IMG/VR virus record: IMGVR_UViG_3300037467_002544
Location: 1 to 46,854 of that record
DNA length: 46,854 bases
Source: a virus
Taxonomy: Duplodnaviria; Caudoviricetes
Direction: 5' to 3' (one strand)
A program made the position numbers and the translations under genes. Numbering within the stretch: position 1 is the stretch's first letter; each line of letters starts with the position of its first letter. Shown one piece after another: positions 35,609 to 43,993 of this stretch. Below the pieces are notes generated by a model. That model worked only from the letters and a program-made list of their open reading frames with translations, made no database searches and was not told where the DNA came from.

Positions 35609-35955
35609 GACCACCTCATGCACATCATCACGGCAGCGACTTCGCTGCTGACCAGCCAGTAGTGATAGATATGTGTGTCATCCCAGGCCCAACTCAATGA
35701 TCCATTGATCAGACCGTCCTCCGGGTACTCAGACGCAAACCAGTCACGCACTTTGTACATGATGCTCGCTGCCTTCATGTCCAAAGCTATGCCAACAGAG
35801 TCGTCCGGTATCATGTGCGCCGTGACTACCTCGACGTAATCCGCTGGCTGTTCAAATAAAAGCGCATTCCTGCTGGTCAGCACATGCCCGCTACGAATAT
35901 AGTAGGCTTGCGATTGGAGATAAAGGTGACGAAGACGTTCATAAGGGTCGCTCAT
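35605..35955 (-). CDS. Paralog-family small protein
   Basis: WFASEYP...WLVSSEVAAVMMCMRWS. Confidence 0.8.
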   Translation of the reverse strand: MSDPYERLRHLYLQSQAYYIRSGHVLTSRNALLFEQPADYVEVVTAHMIPDDSVGIALDMKAASIMYKVRDWFASEYPEDGLINGSLSWAWDDTHIYHYWLVSSEVAAVMMCMRWS

Positions 35956-35980
35956 GAGAGGATTTCCATCGAGCCAGTTC

Positions 35981-36301
35981 TCACGAAAACATCAGCTTCA
36001 TCATCACGGGAGCATCCGGTTCGTCTGTCCGCCAGACCAGAGAAAAGCGCCGCCCGCCCAGAAGACAAAAATTGAGCGCATCCGTCTCCAGGTGCGATCC
36101 CGGATAGGTCTCCAGGAACCAGTCCATTATCCTCCGACGCAGGCAGATCACTGACTCGTCCTGCCTGCACTCGGCCTCCATGATGAACTCGATCAGGCCC
36201 TCGGTCGGCCAGTGCCGGCGGGACTTCTCAATCAGGATGACGCGGCCACGGCGGGCCGCGCTGATCAGGGGATCGCGTCGGTGCTGCTTCGTTTTGCGCA
36301 T
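35981..36301 (-). CDS. Paralog-family small protein
   Basis: WFLETYP...WRTDEPDAPVMMKLMFS. Confidence 0.8.
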   Translation of the reverse strand: MRKTKQHRRDPLISAARRGRVILIEKSRRHWPTEGLIEFIMEAECRQDESVICLRRRIMDWFLETYPGSHLETDALNFCLLGGRRFSLVWRTDEPDAPVMMKLMFS

Positions 36302-36339
36302 GCCCCGTTATACCAGGGCGGCTCGGGTGACCGCATTAT

Positions 36340-36717
36340 TCACGACCACCTCATGCGCATCATCACGGCCGCGCTCTCGTTGTCGGTCTTCCAGTAGCGG
36401 CGGAAACTCTTCGGCCACTCAATGCGCCAAGACATATGCCCGGTGAGGAGGCACGAGTGCGGGTACTCTTCGGCGAACCAGCAGAGAATGTCATCAGCCT
36501 TGGCCTTCGCCGATTTCCAGTCCAAATCGGTCTCGACATCGAACAGGGCCAGCCGGTCTCCATTCCAGAGGAACGGATGGTCCAGCGCGGCCGAACCCCC
36601 TGGGCCTCGAACCCGCAGAAGGTATTTCTGCCCATGGCAAACCGCCTGGATGACCTGCTGCTCGCAGAGCAGCGGCACAGATCCATCATCGTCAATCGCA
36701 TCGGGGCACGTCAGCAT
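36340..36717 (-). CDS. Paralog-family small protein
   Basis: MLTC..FLWNG..WFAEEYP...WKTDNESAAVMMRMRWS. Confidence 0.8.
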   Translation of the reverse strand: MLTCPDAIDDDGSVPLLCEQQVIQAVCHGQKYLLRVRGPGGSAALDHPFLWNGDRLALFDVETDLDWKSAKAKADDILCWFAEEYPHSCLLTGHMSWRIEWPKSFRRYWKTDNESAAVMMRMRWS

Positions 36718-36756
36718 GCGTCAGATCTACCATGCCGGGTAGACGGAGCGCATTAT

Positions 36757-37056
36757 TCAGGACCAGCGCATACGCATCATCACTGCGGCGCTCGGATTGT
36801 CGGTTCGCCAGAACGTTTGAATATGATAGACATCGTTGATGAACTTGTAGGAACCAATGCGGGTTTCCAGATATGAGTCTGGATAGTTCTCACTGAACCA
36901 ACCAAGCACTAAGCGTCGTATGCTACCCATCGTCCCACCAGACGCACGCTCGTTTATTATTTCGACCTCGACCAGCGCGGCTGGACGCTTGACGAAACGT
37001 TGTAACTCCATACGGATTTCACCGTTCCGGTAATAGTTGACATAGGAAGACGTCAT
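36757..37056 (-). CDS. Paralog-family small protein
   Basis: WFSENYP...WRTDNPSAAVMMRMRWS. Confidence 0.8.
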   Translation of the reverse strand: MTSSYVNYYRNGEIRMELQRFVKRPAALVEVEIINERASGGTMGSIRRLVLGWFSENYPDSYLETRIGSYKFINDVYHIQTFWRTDNPSAAVMMRMRWS

Positions 37057-37068
37057 GTTTGTGATCCT

Positions 37069-37437
37069 TTAAGCCCAGCGCATGCGCATGATCAGCGCGG
37101 CGTGCTCATTATCGGTTAACCATAGCGTTGGTAATTGGCTGTAATCGTGAAAACTAAAGTCGCTCCCAGCCAGGATCAAGCACGAGTGCGGATACTCCTC
37201 GGCAAACCAAGTGTGAACATCGACTAAACGCCGGCCATTGTGCGCCGCAAAATAGCTCACGGCAATTTTGACCGAACGCAAGTCAAGAGGTTCGCCGTTC
37301 CAGAAGAACTTCTCGTTCAGCACGTCCTCCGGCTTCAGCCTCCTCGTCCGTAAAGAATACCACACCCTATGGCAGGTCGCATGGATGGTTCTCCGTATGT
37401 TCGCTGTCTCAGGAAGCATGAATGAGCAGGTCAGCAT
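37069..37437 (-). CDS. Paralog-family small protein
   Basis: MLTC..FFWNG..WFAEEYP...WLTDNEHAALIMRMRWA. Confidence 0.8.
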   Translation of the reverse strand: MLTCSFMLPETANIRRTIHATCHRVWYSLRTRRLKPEDVLNEKFFWNGEPLDLRSVKIAVSYFAAHNGRRLVDVHTWFAEEYPHSCLILAGSDFSFHDYSQLPTLWLTDNEHAALIMRMRWA

Positions 37438-37440
37438 GGT

Positions 37441-37809
37441 TCAGGACCACAGCATCCGCACCATCACTGCGGCCTGCTCGTTGTCGGTCATCCACTTGGT
37501 GACAAACACCTGTTCTGGTTTAATAAAGTCTTGATCTATGGCGATTAGACAAGACTCGGGGTAGGTCTCGGCAAACCATTGGTGTAGCTCCGGGAATCGA
37601 TGACCTTCGCTTTCAGCAATCCTCGATTCCGTCTCAAAAAGATTGAGGCGGTCGCCGTTCCAGTGGAACTCGTACCGGTCGTGAAATTCACGTGGACTAT
37701 ACGGAATCGTTATTTCAACTACAGAGCCCTGGCAAATCGCGCATATAAACAGCCTGCTGTCGTATTTTTCAGAGATCGCCGGATCGACGTTGTGGATGCA
37801 GGTCAACAT
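37441..37809 (-). CDS. Paralog-family small protein
   Basis: MLTC..FHWNG..WFAETYP...WMTDNEQAAVMVRMLWS. Confidence 0.8.
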   Translation of the reverse strand: MLTCIHNVDPAISEKYDSRLFICAICQGSVVEITIPYSPREFHDRYEFHWNGDRLNLFETESRIAESEGHRFPELHQWFAETYPESCLIAIDQDFIKPEQVFVTKWMTDNEQAAVMVRMLWS

Positions 37810-37848
37810 GAGTGAGCCCTAGCACGGGTGAGGGTCGGAACGCATTAT

Positions 37849-38229
37849 TCAGGACCAGCGCATGCGCATCATCAGCCCTGCCTGCTCGTTGTCGGTCCAC
37901 CAGTTCCACTGTATCCGTGTCAGGTCGATGTCCTGCCATTGCACGTAGCGCGAAATAAGAAACGATGAAGGATATTCCTCAGCAAACCAGTTCAATATGT
38001 CGGTGCTGAGTTCCGTCCAAGATCCATCCTGTCGATGGTGTACCGTCGTCGCGCATACCAGCTTTAATTCCTCACCGTTCCAGTAAAACGGCCCCGCAGT
38101 AGCTTTTGAAAAGTTGGCCTGACTAACAGATAAACACTGCCTCTGACCGCAGCATGCGGCTTTGATTTCACAGAGTGTCGTGAAAGTAAGCTCTGGCCGG
38201 AACTCGATCTGGTACGGAGATGTGATCAT
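37849..38229 (-). CDS. Paralog-family small protein
   Basis: FYWNG..WFAEEYP...WWTDNEQAGLMMRMRWS. Confidence 0.8.
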   Translation of the reverse strand: MITSPYQIEFRPELTFTTLCEIKAACCGQRQCLSVSQANFSKATAGPFYWNGEELKLVCATTVHHRQDGSWTELSTDILNWFAEEYPSSFLISRYVQWQDIDLTRIQWNWWTDNEQAGLMMRMRWS

Positions 38230-38338
38230 GAACGAGTGTTAGCACGGGCGAGGATTGGGGCGCATTATTCTCGTTTAGAGCTAAAACGAAGACAATTCGC
38301 GCAAACAATATAAATAGTTCGATACTTGAGGATCGAAC

Positions 38339-39001
38339 TTGTTTTATATTGTTTACCGCACAACCAATTTGCTCAATGGAAAAATCTACATCGGGATCCA
38401 CGAAACGAACGATTTGGATGATGGGTACCTCGGTTCTGGAGTTTTGATTCAGAGGGCCCTTGCAAAATATGGCCGGGAGAATTTCTCACGTGAGATCCTG
38501 TTCACGTTCGTCAACCGTGATGCGACGATCGCAAAAGAGGCGGAACTTGTCACTGAAGAATTTGTCGCGCGCGAGGACACGTACAATCTGACAGTCGGAG
38601 GGTACGGTGGCTTTCACTACGTCAATAAAGCCGGCCGTAACATTTATGAAGGCCATGCTGAGATCGCACGCGAGCATCAGAAACTTGCAGTTGCTGCTGC
38701 AAACAGCCGGAGAAGCGATGCAGAGTTCAAAGCTGCGTGGGACCGTGCTGCGAGAGATGGCCTGAGGCGCTACTTCGACGAAGGCGGCCAGAACGGCTTT
38801 GCCGGCAAGAGCCATTCGGAAGAAACAAAAAAGTTGATCGGCTCTATCAACGCTGTTCGTCAACGCGGCTCAGGAAATAGCCAATACGGAACCTGTTGGG
38901 TTCACAACGTTGATCTCAAGGAGAGTCGGAAGGTGCCTGCGCCCGAGCTTGCTACTTGGGAAGCAATAGGATGGAAGAAGGGGAGAAAGATCAAATGGTA
39001 A
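38339..39001 (+). CDS. GIY-YIG (Seg-like) homing endonuclease
   Basis: IVYRTTNLLNGKIYIGIH...YLGSG...KYG.ENF.REIL..YNL..GG; HSEETKKLI; TATAAATA at 38309-38316; TTG start. Confidence 0.9.
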   Translation: MFYIVYRTTNLLNGKIYIGIHETNDLDDGYLGSGVLIQRALAKYGRENFSREILFTFVNRDATIAKEAELVTEEFVAREDTYNLTVGGYGGFHYVNKAGRNIYEGHAEIAREHQKLAVAAANSRRSDAEFKAAWDRAARDGLRRYFDEGGQNGFAGKSHSEETKKLIGSINAVRQRGSGNSQYGTCWVHNVDLKESRKVPAPELATWEAIGWKKGRKIKW

Positions 39002-39004
39002 AAA

Positions 39005-39080
39005 TGGCTCCGGCGGTACGAATTGAACGTACGACATCGATGTTAACAGCATCGCGCTCTGCCAACTGAGCTACGCCGGA
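39005..39080 (-). tRNA. tRNA-Asn(GUU)
   Basis: TCCGGCG/CGCCGGA acceptor; CGATG-CTGTTAA-CATCG; TTCAATT; G73 and encoded CCA. Confidence 0.95.
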
Positions 39081-39133
39081 ATAACCACTGATTTATTTAT
39101 CATCTATACCCATTTTCACCGCACCGTTCAATA

Positions 39134-39493
39134 TTATTCTCCACCAAGCATCAGCAAATGCATCGCCTCAGCCGGGGTCGGTGCGACCCAGTAGGTGCGG
39201 TAACCTCTTGCCACCGTGTCGAAATCGTAGCCCAACAGGACGAGATTGCTATCGGGATGGCTATCGAGATGGCGTTCCGCTAGCCTCCGAACTCTGTTTG
39301 TCATGCGTGATGCAAAACCACCTTTCAAATTTCGATGAAATAGCACCTCAACGAAGGTTCCCTCGCAGCGTGCCTTGGCAAGATCAATGAGCAGCACCTC
39401 CCATTGCAGCAGTTGCCGGCGCTCACCGAGGTAGAAGATTTCACAGCCGCTTTCCTGAGAGCCTGCTCGCGAAAAATACATCTCAAGCCTCAC
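39134..39493 (-). CDS. Divergent paralog-family protein
   Basis: HP...LV.LGY..YWVAPTPAEAMHLLM; close paralog of the next ORF. Confidence 0.75.
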   Translation of the reverse strand: MRLEMYFSRAGSQESGCEIFYLGERRQLLQWEVLLIDLAKARCEGTFVEVLFHRNLKGGFASRMTNRVRRLAERHLDSHPDSNLVLLGYDFDTVARGYRTYWVAPTPAEAMHLLMLGGE

Positions 39494-39884
39494 TCATCAG
39501 GCTCATCTGGACGGCCTGCGCAACCGTGTTGGTCAGCCAGTGATAGGCGTTCAGCTTGGTCCGCTGATCGTACTGGTAGCCCAGGAACACGAGCACGTCG
39601 TCCGGATAGAGGTCATGGAAGGCGCGGGCAAGGCGCGCGCTGTGCTCGTCGCGCTCGCCGATCGGCGGGAACCGCAGATGCCACGCTCGCACTCTGCCCG
39701 GGGGAGGCGAGCTAACCGAGGCCAACGGCGGGGGAGGGCAGGTGACCGCGACGAACGTGCCTTCGCGCTTGGCCCGCTTGACGTCGAGCGCCCAGACCTC
39801 CCAGCGATGGAGTTCCACCCAGGTGTCTTGGAAAACCATATAGCAGCCGGTGAGATCGTTCCGCTGTGTGTTCAAGTAGATCAT
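39483..39884 (-). CDS. Divergent paralog-family protein
   Basis: WEV...D...A..EGTFV; YP..VLVFLGY..HWLTNTVAQAVQMSLM. Confidence 0.75.
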   Translation of the reverse strand: MIYLNTQRNDLTGCYMVFQDTWVELHRWEVWALDVKRAKREGTFVAVTCPPPPLASVSSPPPGRVRAWHLRFPPIGERDEHSARLARAFHDLYPDDVLVFLGYQYDQRTKLNAYHWLTNTVAQAVQMSLMSEA

Positions 39885-39945
39885 TTCAAGTATCGTTGTC
39901 GCAACTGTACAAATCCATAGGGGTATAGTTAAATTCCCGCAATCA

Positions 39946-40218
39946 TCAAATCGCCCACTTCATCATCATCATCTGAGCGACGTTCTCATCACTGACAAGC
40001 CAATTCTGCGCAAGATAGCCGAACTTCCTATGCTCCCATGAGACGTAGCCTAGGTTCACCGATACGGAGGGATAGTGCTCGGCGAGCCACGCGCGCACCG
40101 CAATGATATGGTCTTGGCGATGGCGCAACCAATGGCGGCCATCGTCCGGAAGACGATAGAACGTCTGTGCGAGAGTTAGATGATCTCCCATCGGCATTCT
40201 TCCCAGAAGTGGTTTCAA
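39946..40218 (-). CDS. Paralog-family small protein
   Basis: WLAEHYP...WLVSDENVAQMMMMKWAI; start uncertain. Confidence 0.75.
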   Translation of the reverse strand: MKPLLGRMPMGDHLTLAQTFYRLPDDGRHWLRHRQDHIIAVRAWLAEHYPSVSVNLGYVSWEHRKFGYLAQNWLVSDENVAQMMMMKWAI

Positions 40219-40420
40219 AACGGCGTTATTGATGATCTTACTTTTAACGCCGTGTTGCCCTCATACACGCTCTCCCCCGACGACCTTCGCGCCCAGATAG
40301 TTCTGAAACGCAGACTAACATCTCGTCAAGGTGCACTGCACCACGATCAGCAGGGATTCCGCAGCCATGAACGGATGACCCTGATCCCAGCTATGGGATC
40401 GCGGTTCTGGCTTTCAAAAT

Positions 40421-40672
40421 TCACGTCGCGGTGTCTCGCGACCAGCGCATGGTCAGATAGGTAGCAACCGCTTCTGAGTAGGTCCGCCAAATTGTCTTAC
40501 AGAGATCTATATCAACATATATGCAGTCATCCAGAAGCAGTGTTTCCAATGGGTGGGTCTCACGCTGCCAATCCATGACTTCTTCAATATGGCTGTTGCA
40601 TTGATCGAAGACCGGTGCCCACCAGTGATCATGGTCGGGCCTTGCGAACGTCTCGACAAGGATCTCGGTCAC
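40421..40672 (-). CDS. Paralog-family small protein
   Basis: WQRETHP...WRTYSEAVATYLTMRWS. Confidence 0.75.
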   Translation of the reverse strand: MTEILVETFARPDHDHWWAPVFDQCNSHIEEVMDWQRETHPLETLLLDDCIYVDIDLCKTIWRTYSEAVATYLTMRWSRDTAT

Positions 40673-40902
40673 GGCTGGCTCCAGAGCAGCGTCATCAGTG
40701 TGGCGGCTTTTTCATCGGAGACTTTCCAAGAGAGCTTGCAGACCTCCATGGTGATCCAATTGAGGTCCACAAAGGTTATACTTGCGTCTGGGTAGTTCGT
40801 GGATAACCACGCCTCTACCTTTCGCTGGTGGTCCTGTATGGCTGGAATATAAACTAAGGATAGCTGACTTTCTTCTCGCATGTATGTCGAACAATCAAAC
40901 AT
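40669..40902 (-). CDS. Paralog-family small protein
   Basis: WLSTNYP...WKVSDEKAATLMTLLWS; TAATG-coupled start. Confidence 0.75.
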   Translation of the reverse strand: MFDCSTYMREESQLSLVYIPAIQDHQRKVEAWLSTNYPDASITFVDLNWITMEVCKLSWKVSDEKAATLMTLLWSQP

Positions 40903-41135
40903 TACGATTGGGCCCACTTCAAAGTCATCATTAGCGCGGCATTTTCGTCGGAAATCTCCCATGTAGTTTCGCGGACATCTCCAGTTATCCATCTACCACC
41001 GCGTTGAAACCAAGTGGCGTCGGGATAGTTATCACGGATCCAAGCTGCAACATCTTTGATATGCCTATTGATTGAGGTGCAGTAGATTAATGGTTCGGTG
41101 CTTGGCTCGGAGACGTATGTAAAGCATGTGAACAT
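40902..41135 (-). CDS. Paralog-family small protein
   Basis: WIRDNYP...WEISDENAALMMTLKWA. Confidence 0.75.
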   Translation of the reverse strand: MFTCFTYVSEPSTEPLIYCTSINRHIKDVAAWIRDNYPDATWFQRGGRWITGDVRETTWEISDENAALMMTLKWAQS

Positions 41136-41137
41136 CG

Positions 41138-41386
41138 CTAGGGTGCCCACTTCATGGTCATCATCAGTGCAATGCGTTCGTCATGGATCGTCCACTCGCA
41201 CCATCCGAGACCAAGCTGTTCGTCATAGCCCTGGCAGGGCTCGACGAGGCGCGTTCCCGGGTGGTTCTCGATCAGCCAGCGCATGACTTCGTCGAGGTGC
41301 GCGCGAACGCCCTCGACGATCTTCCAGCGCCGGTAATGCAGGCCGGTGGAAGGGAAGTAGGTGCGCGCGGTCAAAAATTCGGTCAT
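41138..41386 (-). CDS. Paralog-family small protein
   Basis: WLIENHP...WTIHDERIALMMTMKWA; TAATG-coupled. Confidence 0.75.
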   Translation of the reverse strand: MTEFLTARTYFPSTGLHYRRWKIVEGVRAHLDEVMRWLIENHPGTRLVEPCQGYDEQLGLGWCEWTIHDERIALMMTMKWAP

Positions 41387-41685
41387 TACGACCACCGCAG
41401 GGCCATCATCGTGGCCAGGGTGGAGTCATCCACGATCCACTCGACCTTCTGAGTTTCATTCGAGAGCAGATGTTCGGGCGATCGCGTGCAGATGATGGAT
41501 CCATACGGGCGCTCGGCGAGATACCAGAGCCGTATCGCTGTGCGGTACTCGGCAAAGACTTGGTGGCGCCTTATGATGGAGCGAATGCCTCGATAGTGCT
41601 CCGGCACGGTGTAGTAGGTGGTTACGTCAAACCACGGTCTTGGATGAAGCATGGCCCACAATGTCATCAGCACGAAAGCGACCAA
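41386..41685 (-). CDS. Paralog-family small protein
   Basis: WYLAERP...WIVDDSTLATMMALRWS; start uncertain. Confidence 0.75.
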   Translation of the reverse strand: MVAFVLMTLWAMLHPRPWFDVTTYYTVPEHYRGIRSIIRRHQVFAEYRTAIRLWYLAERPYGSIICTRSPEHLLSNETQKVEWIVDDSTLATMMALRWS

Positions 41686-41765
41686 AAAAGAAGCCGGTAC
41701 ATACTGTCTTGCGAAAGCATATACCGGCCAGATGAGGTTTGTTGAAAGTACGTATGGGGGGCGGC

Positions 41766-41987
41766 TTACTTGGCCAGCCGCTCGATTGCCGCGTAAACCG
41801 TACGAACGGTGCCGCGGTCGAGATCCTTACATGCCTCAGAGAGTTCCTGGTAGGGAACCATCATCTCCTCGCCGGTTTCACTGAGGCGGCTGGTGACACC
41901 CTGAGACTTTTTCGTTTCCATCCAAGCGTCGTGAACTTCTGCGGATACAAGTTCGATATCGGGTAAATCAGGCACTAAAAAAATCAA
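41766..41987 (-). CDS. RyR-domain small protein
   Basis: VHDAWM..K...MVPY.ELSE..KDLDR..V. Confidence 0.7.
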   Translation of the reverse strand: MIFLVPDLPDIELVSAEVHDAWMETKKSQGVTSRLSETGEEMMVPYQELSEACKDLDRGTVRTVYAAIERLAK

Positions 41988-42009
41988 CTATCAAAAGCGT
42001 ATCAAGTAG

Positions 42010-43062
42010 GTTGCCGGAACTCTGCCGGCGAGGTTGCGGGAAGGGTTACCCTTGAGATTACAGGGTTGTGTGACCGGTCTTCTGGAGCGTACGGGCCGGT
42101 TCCCACCGGACCTTCCTCCATCATCCACGTCGTGGACTTGCGCCTCACGTCGTATCCAGTCAGTGCCGCCTTTTTGCTGGTGCTCCAGTCTCCACGGGAT
42201 CCTTGGGGGATCGTCCGCTTCATCGACCAGCCAGCCGAGTGGCATGTCTCGTGACGTCGAATGCTATTCGACGGCTGTCTACCCACCGCCCCTTCGGGGA
42301 GCGCTCAGGCTTGCGGGCCCTATGAGTGTCTTGCCATCAACGACCCAAACCCTTGGGAGGTCGAGATCGGCCAGATTGCCCTTCCGGGGTCCTGGCGTTA
42401 GGCACCTTTCACATTCGACCGGGACAGGCTTTCCATTTTTAAGATGATCAAGCCAGATCTGTAGATTGTTCCATCAGAGACGTGCTGTCCCGCCGCTCCA
42501 TGCGTTTCCGCACGGAATACGACACGCCTCGTTCCCCTCGCGGTGCGCGCTACTAGGAGTGACATTTGGACGACCCCGGCATCTCTGCCGAAACCACCCT
42601 GAGTCATGCCGGACGCTCTTGCCTGCGGGGCTCGAACTGGACCGACTATCCGTTACCATCCGCTTCGTGCCGGTGTTGCATGTCCAGACCGCAGGGTGCA
42701 ACGCCCGCTATGACGAACGTGCCTCCGACACGGCCGAAGCCGTGCCAGGGCAGTGAGCCCGCCACTCCCCAGCCAAGGGGAGCCTGAACCCGGCCGTTCC
42801 GCTTAGCTCCGTATAAGCGCCGAAGCGCCCGATACCTACGAAGCACCTCCTTTGGGGAGGTCGGCTCGGACCTGCATAGATGAACCGCCTTGTGAGCGGC
42901 GCAGGGTTGTGGAGTCCCTGCTTTGGGCCGGTTGCCCGGCTTATCCTAACGACGCTATGCCGCCAAACTCTGACGATCTTAACAATCCAGCGACGTGGTG
43001 GCGAATTGTTTTTGATCGTTTACGCTTCCGAGGAACCGTCGTTTCCGTCGGCGTCCTCATCA
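42010..43062 (-). ncRNA. Large (~1 kb) structured noncoding RNA, GOLLD-like
   Basis: No credible ORF; dense hairpins with minus-strand UUCG/GNRA tetraloops; TTGCGC-N18-TATACA promoter at about 43070-43098; boundaries approximate. Confidence 0.7.
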
Positions 43063-43161
43063 TTTCTCTTGTATATCCTGGAACGATTCGTCGGCGCAAT
43101 ATCGAATTTCAGGATTTCAGGTTCATTGTGTTCCCGGGGGGTCAAGGCACATTGGGAACGG

Positions 43162-43680
43162 TCAGGATCCTGTGTGAAACATCATCTTGAACAGGGCAGC
43201 GTCACGGCACCGCTCGAACACTGCGGCGCGGCGAGCGATCATATAGCGGTTCCAGCAGTTCTCTGCGCACCATTCACGCGCCTCGGTCTCGCGCGTCATC
43301 GGATACTCGACCAGGAGGAGATTTTCGCCCTGGCGCTTCCAGGCTGGGAATTCGGCCGCTGCGAGCCGCTTCCAGTCCTTGGTCGAGACCTTCTGGTGCT
43401 CGGCGAAGGGAAGCACATGCTGATGGACGTTCGCCTCGTACTGATAGATCCGACGATCCTCGGGCGTCGGCTCGAACCAGCGCCGCTTGAGCCGTGCACG
43501 CATGTCGATGACCTCGCCCGGTGGGGCTGGATCCGCAGCCTGCTCCAGCACAACCACACCGGCCATGAACGGCAGCCACATCTGATCGCGATCATACTGG
43601 CCATACAGGACGAGCGGTTGCTCGACCTGGATGACGCGTAGCCGGTTGAGCTTGTCCCGAAACAGGGCTTGGGAGAGCAT
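43162..43680 (-). CDS. Hypothetical protein with C-terminal paralog-family-like domain
   Basis: EWCAENC...VFERCRDAALFKMMF. Confidence 0.7.
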   Translation of the reverse strand: MLSQALFRDKLNRLRVIQVEQPLVLYGQYDRDQMWLPFMAGVVVLEQAADPAPPGEVIDMRARLKRRWFEPTPEDRRIYQYEANVHQHVLPFAEHQKVSTKDWKRLAAAEFPAWKRQGENLLLVEYPMTRETEAREWCAENCWNRYMIARRAAVFERCRDAALFKMMFHTGS

Positions 43681-43690
43681 CAGAGATCGC

Positions 43691-43993
43691 TCAGCGGTTC
43701 GGGCTAGCCGCGATGAAGCGCTCGACCAGCCCGTTGATCCCGAGCGAGGTCAGAAACACGACGAGGAAGCCCCAGAGGAGGTTAAGCGCCATGCAGTAGC
43801 CACCGATGGCGGGTATCTCGCCGAGCGTACGTAGCAGGATCGACTTGATCACGAGCGTGCCCAAATAGCCGATCCCGACTCCAAGCAGGCACAGCCCGAG
43901 GATGGCGCTCACACAATAGAGCGCGAACTTCCATTCAGGAGACATGACGCACTCACATATGGCTAAAGAGGGGGACGAAGCGCGATCAGTCAC
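43691..43993 (-). CDS. Membrane protein (2 TM)
   Basis: Two hydrophobic helices; start uncertain. Confidence 0.65.
   Translation of the reverse strand: MTDRASSPSLAICECVMSPEWKFALYCVSAILGLCLLGVGIGYLGTLVIKSILLRTLGEIPAIGGYCMALNLLWGFLVVFLTSLGINGLVERFIAASPNR

Noticed and set aside
34630-38229. Paralog array as diversity-generating retroelement targets or integron cassettes
   Set aside because: No reverse transcriptase or integrase in the window, no template/variable repeat pair differing only at adenines, no attC-like palindromes
39081-39135. Asn-rich leader upstream of tRNA-Asn
   Set aside because: The promoter lies directly before the tRNA, leaving no room for a leader ORF or terminator
42010-43062. 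Group I/II intron, tmRNA or RNase P identity for the large RNA
   Set aside because: It does not interrupt a gene, and I saw no tRNA-like ends, tag ORF, group II domain V or RNase P P4 signature by eye; cmsearch is still needed
41991-43190. Several 60-137-aa ORFs in the structured region
   Set aside because: Overlapping, no SD or codon bias, low-complexity translations; better explained as ncRNA
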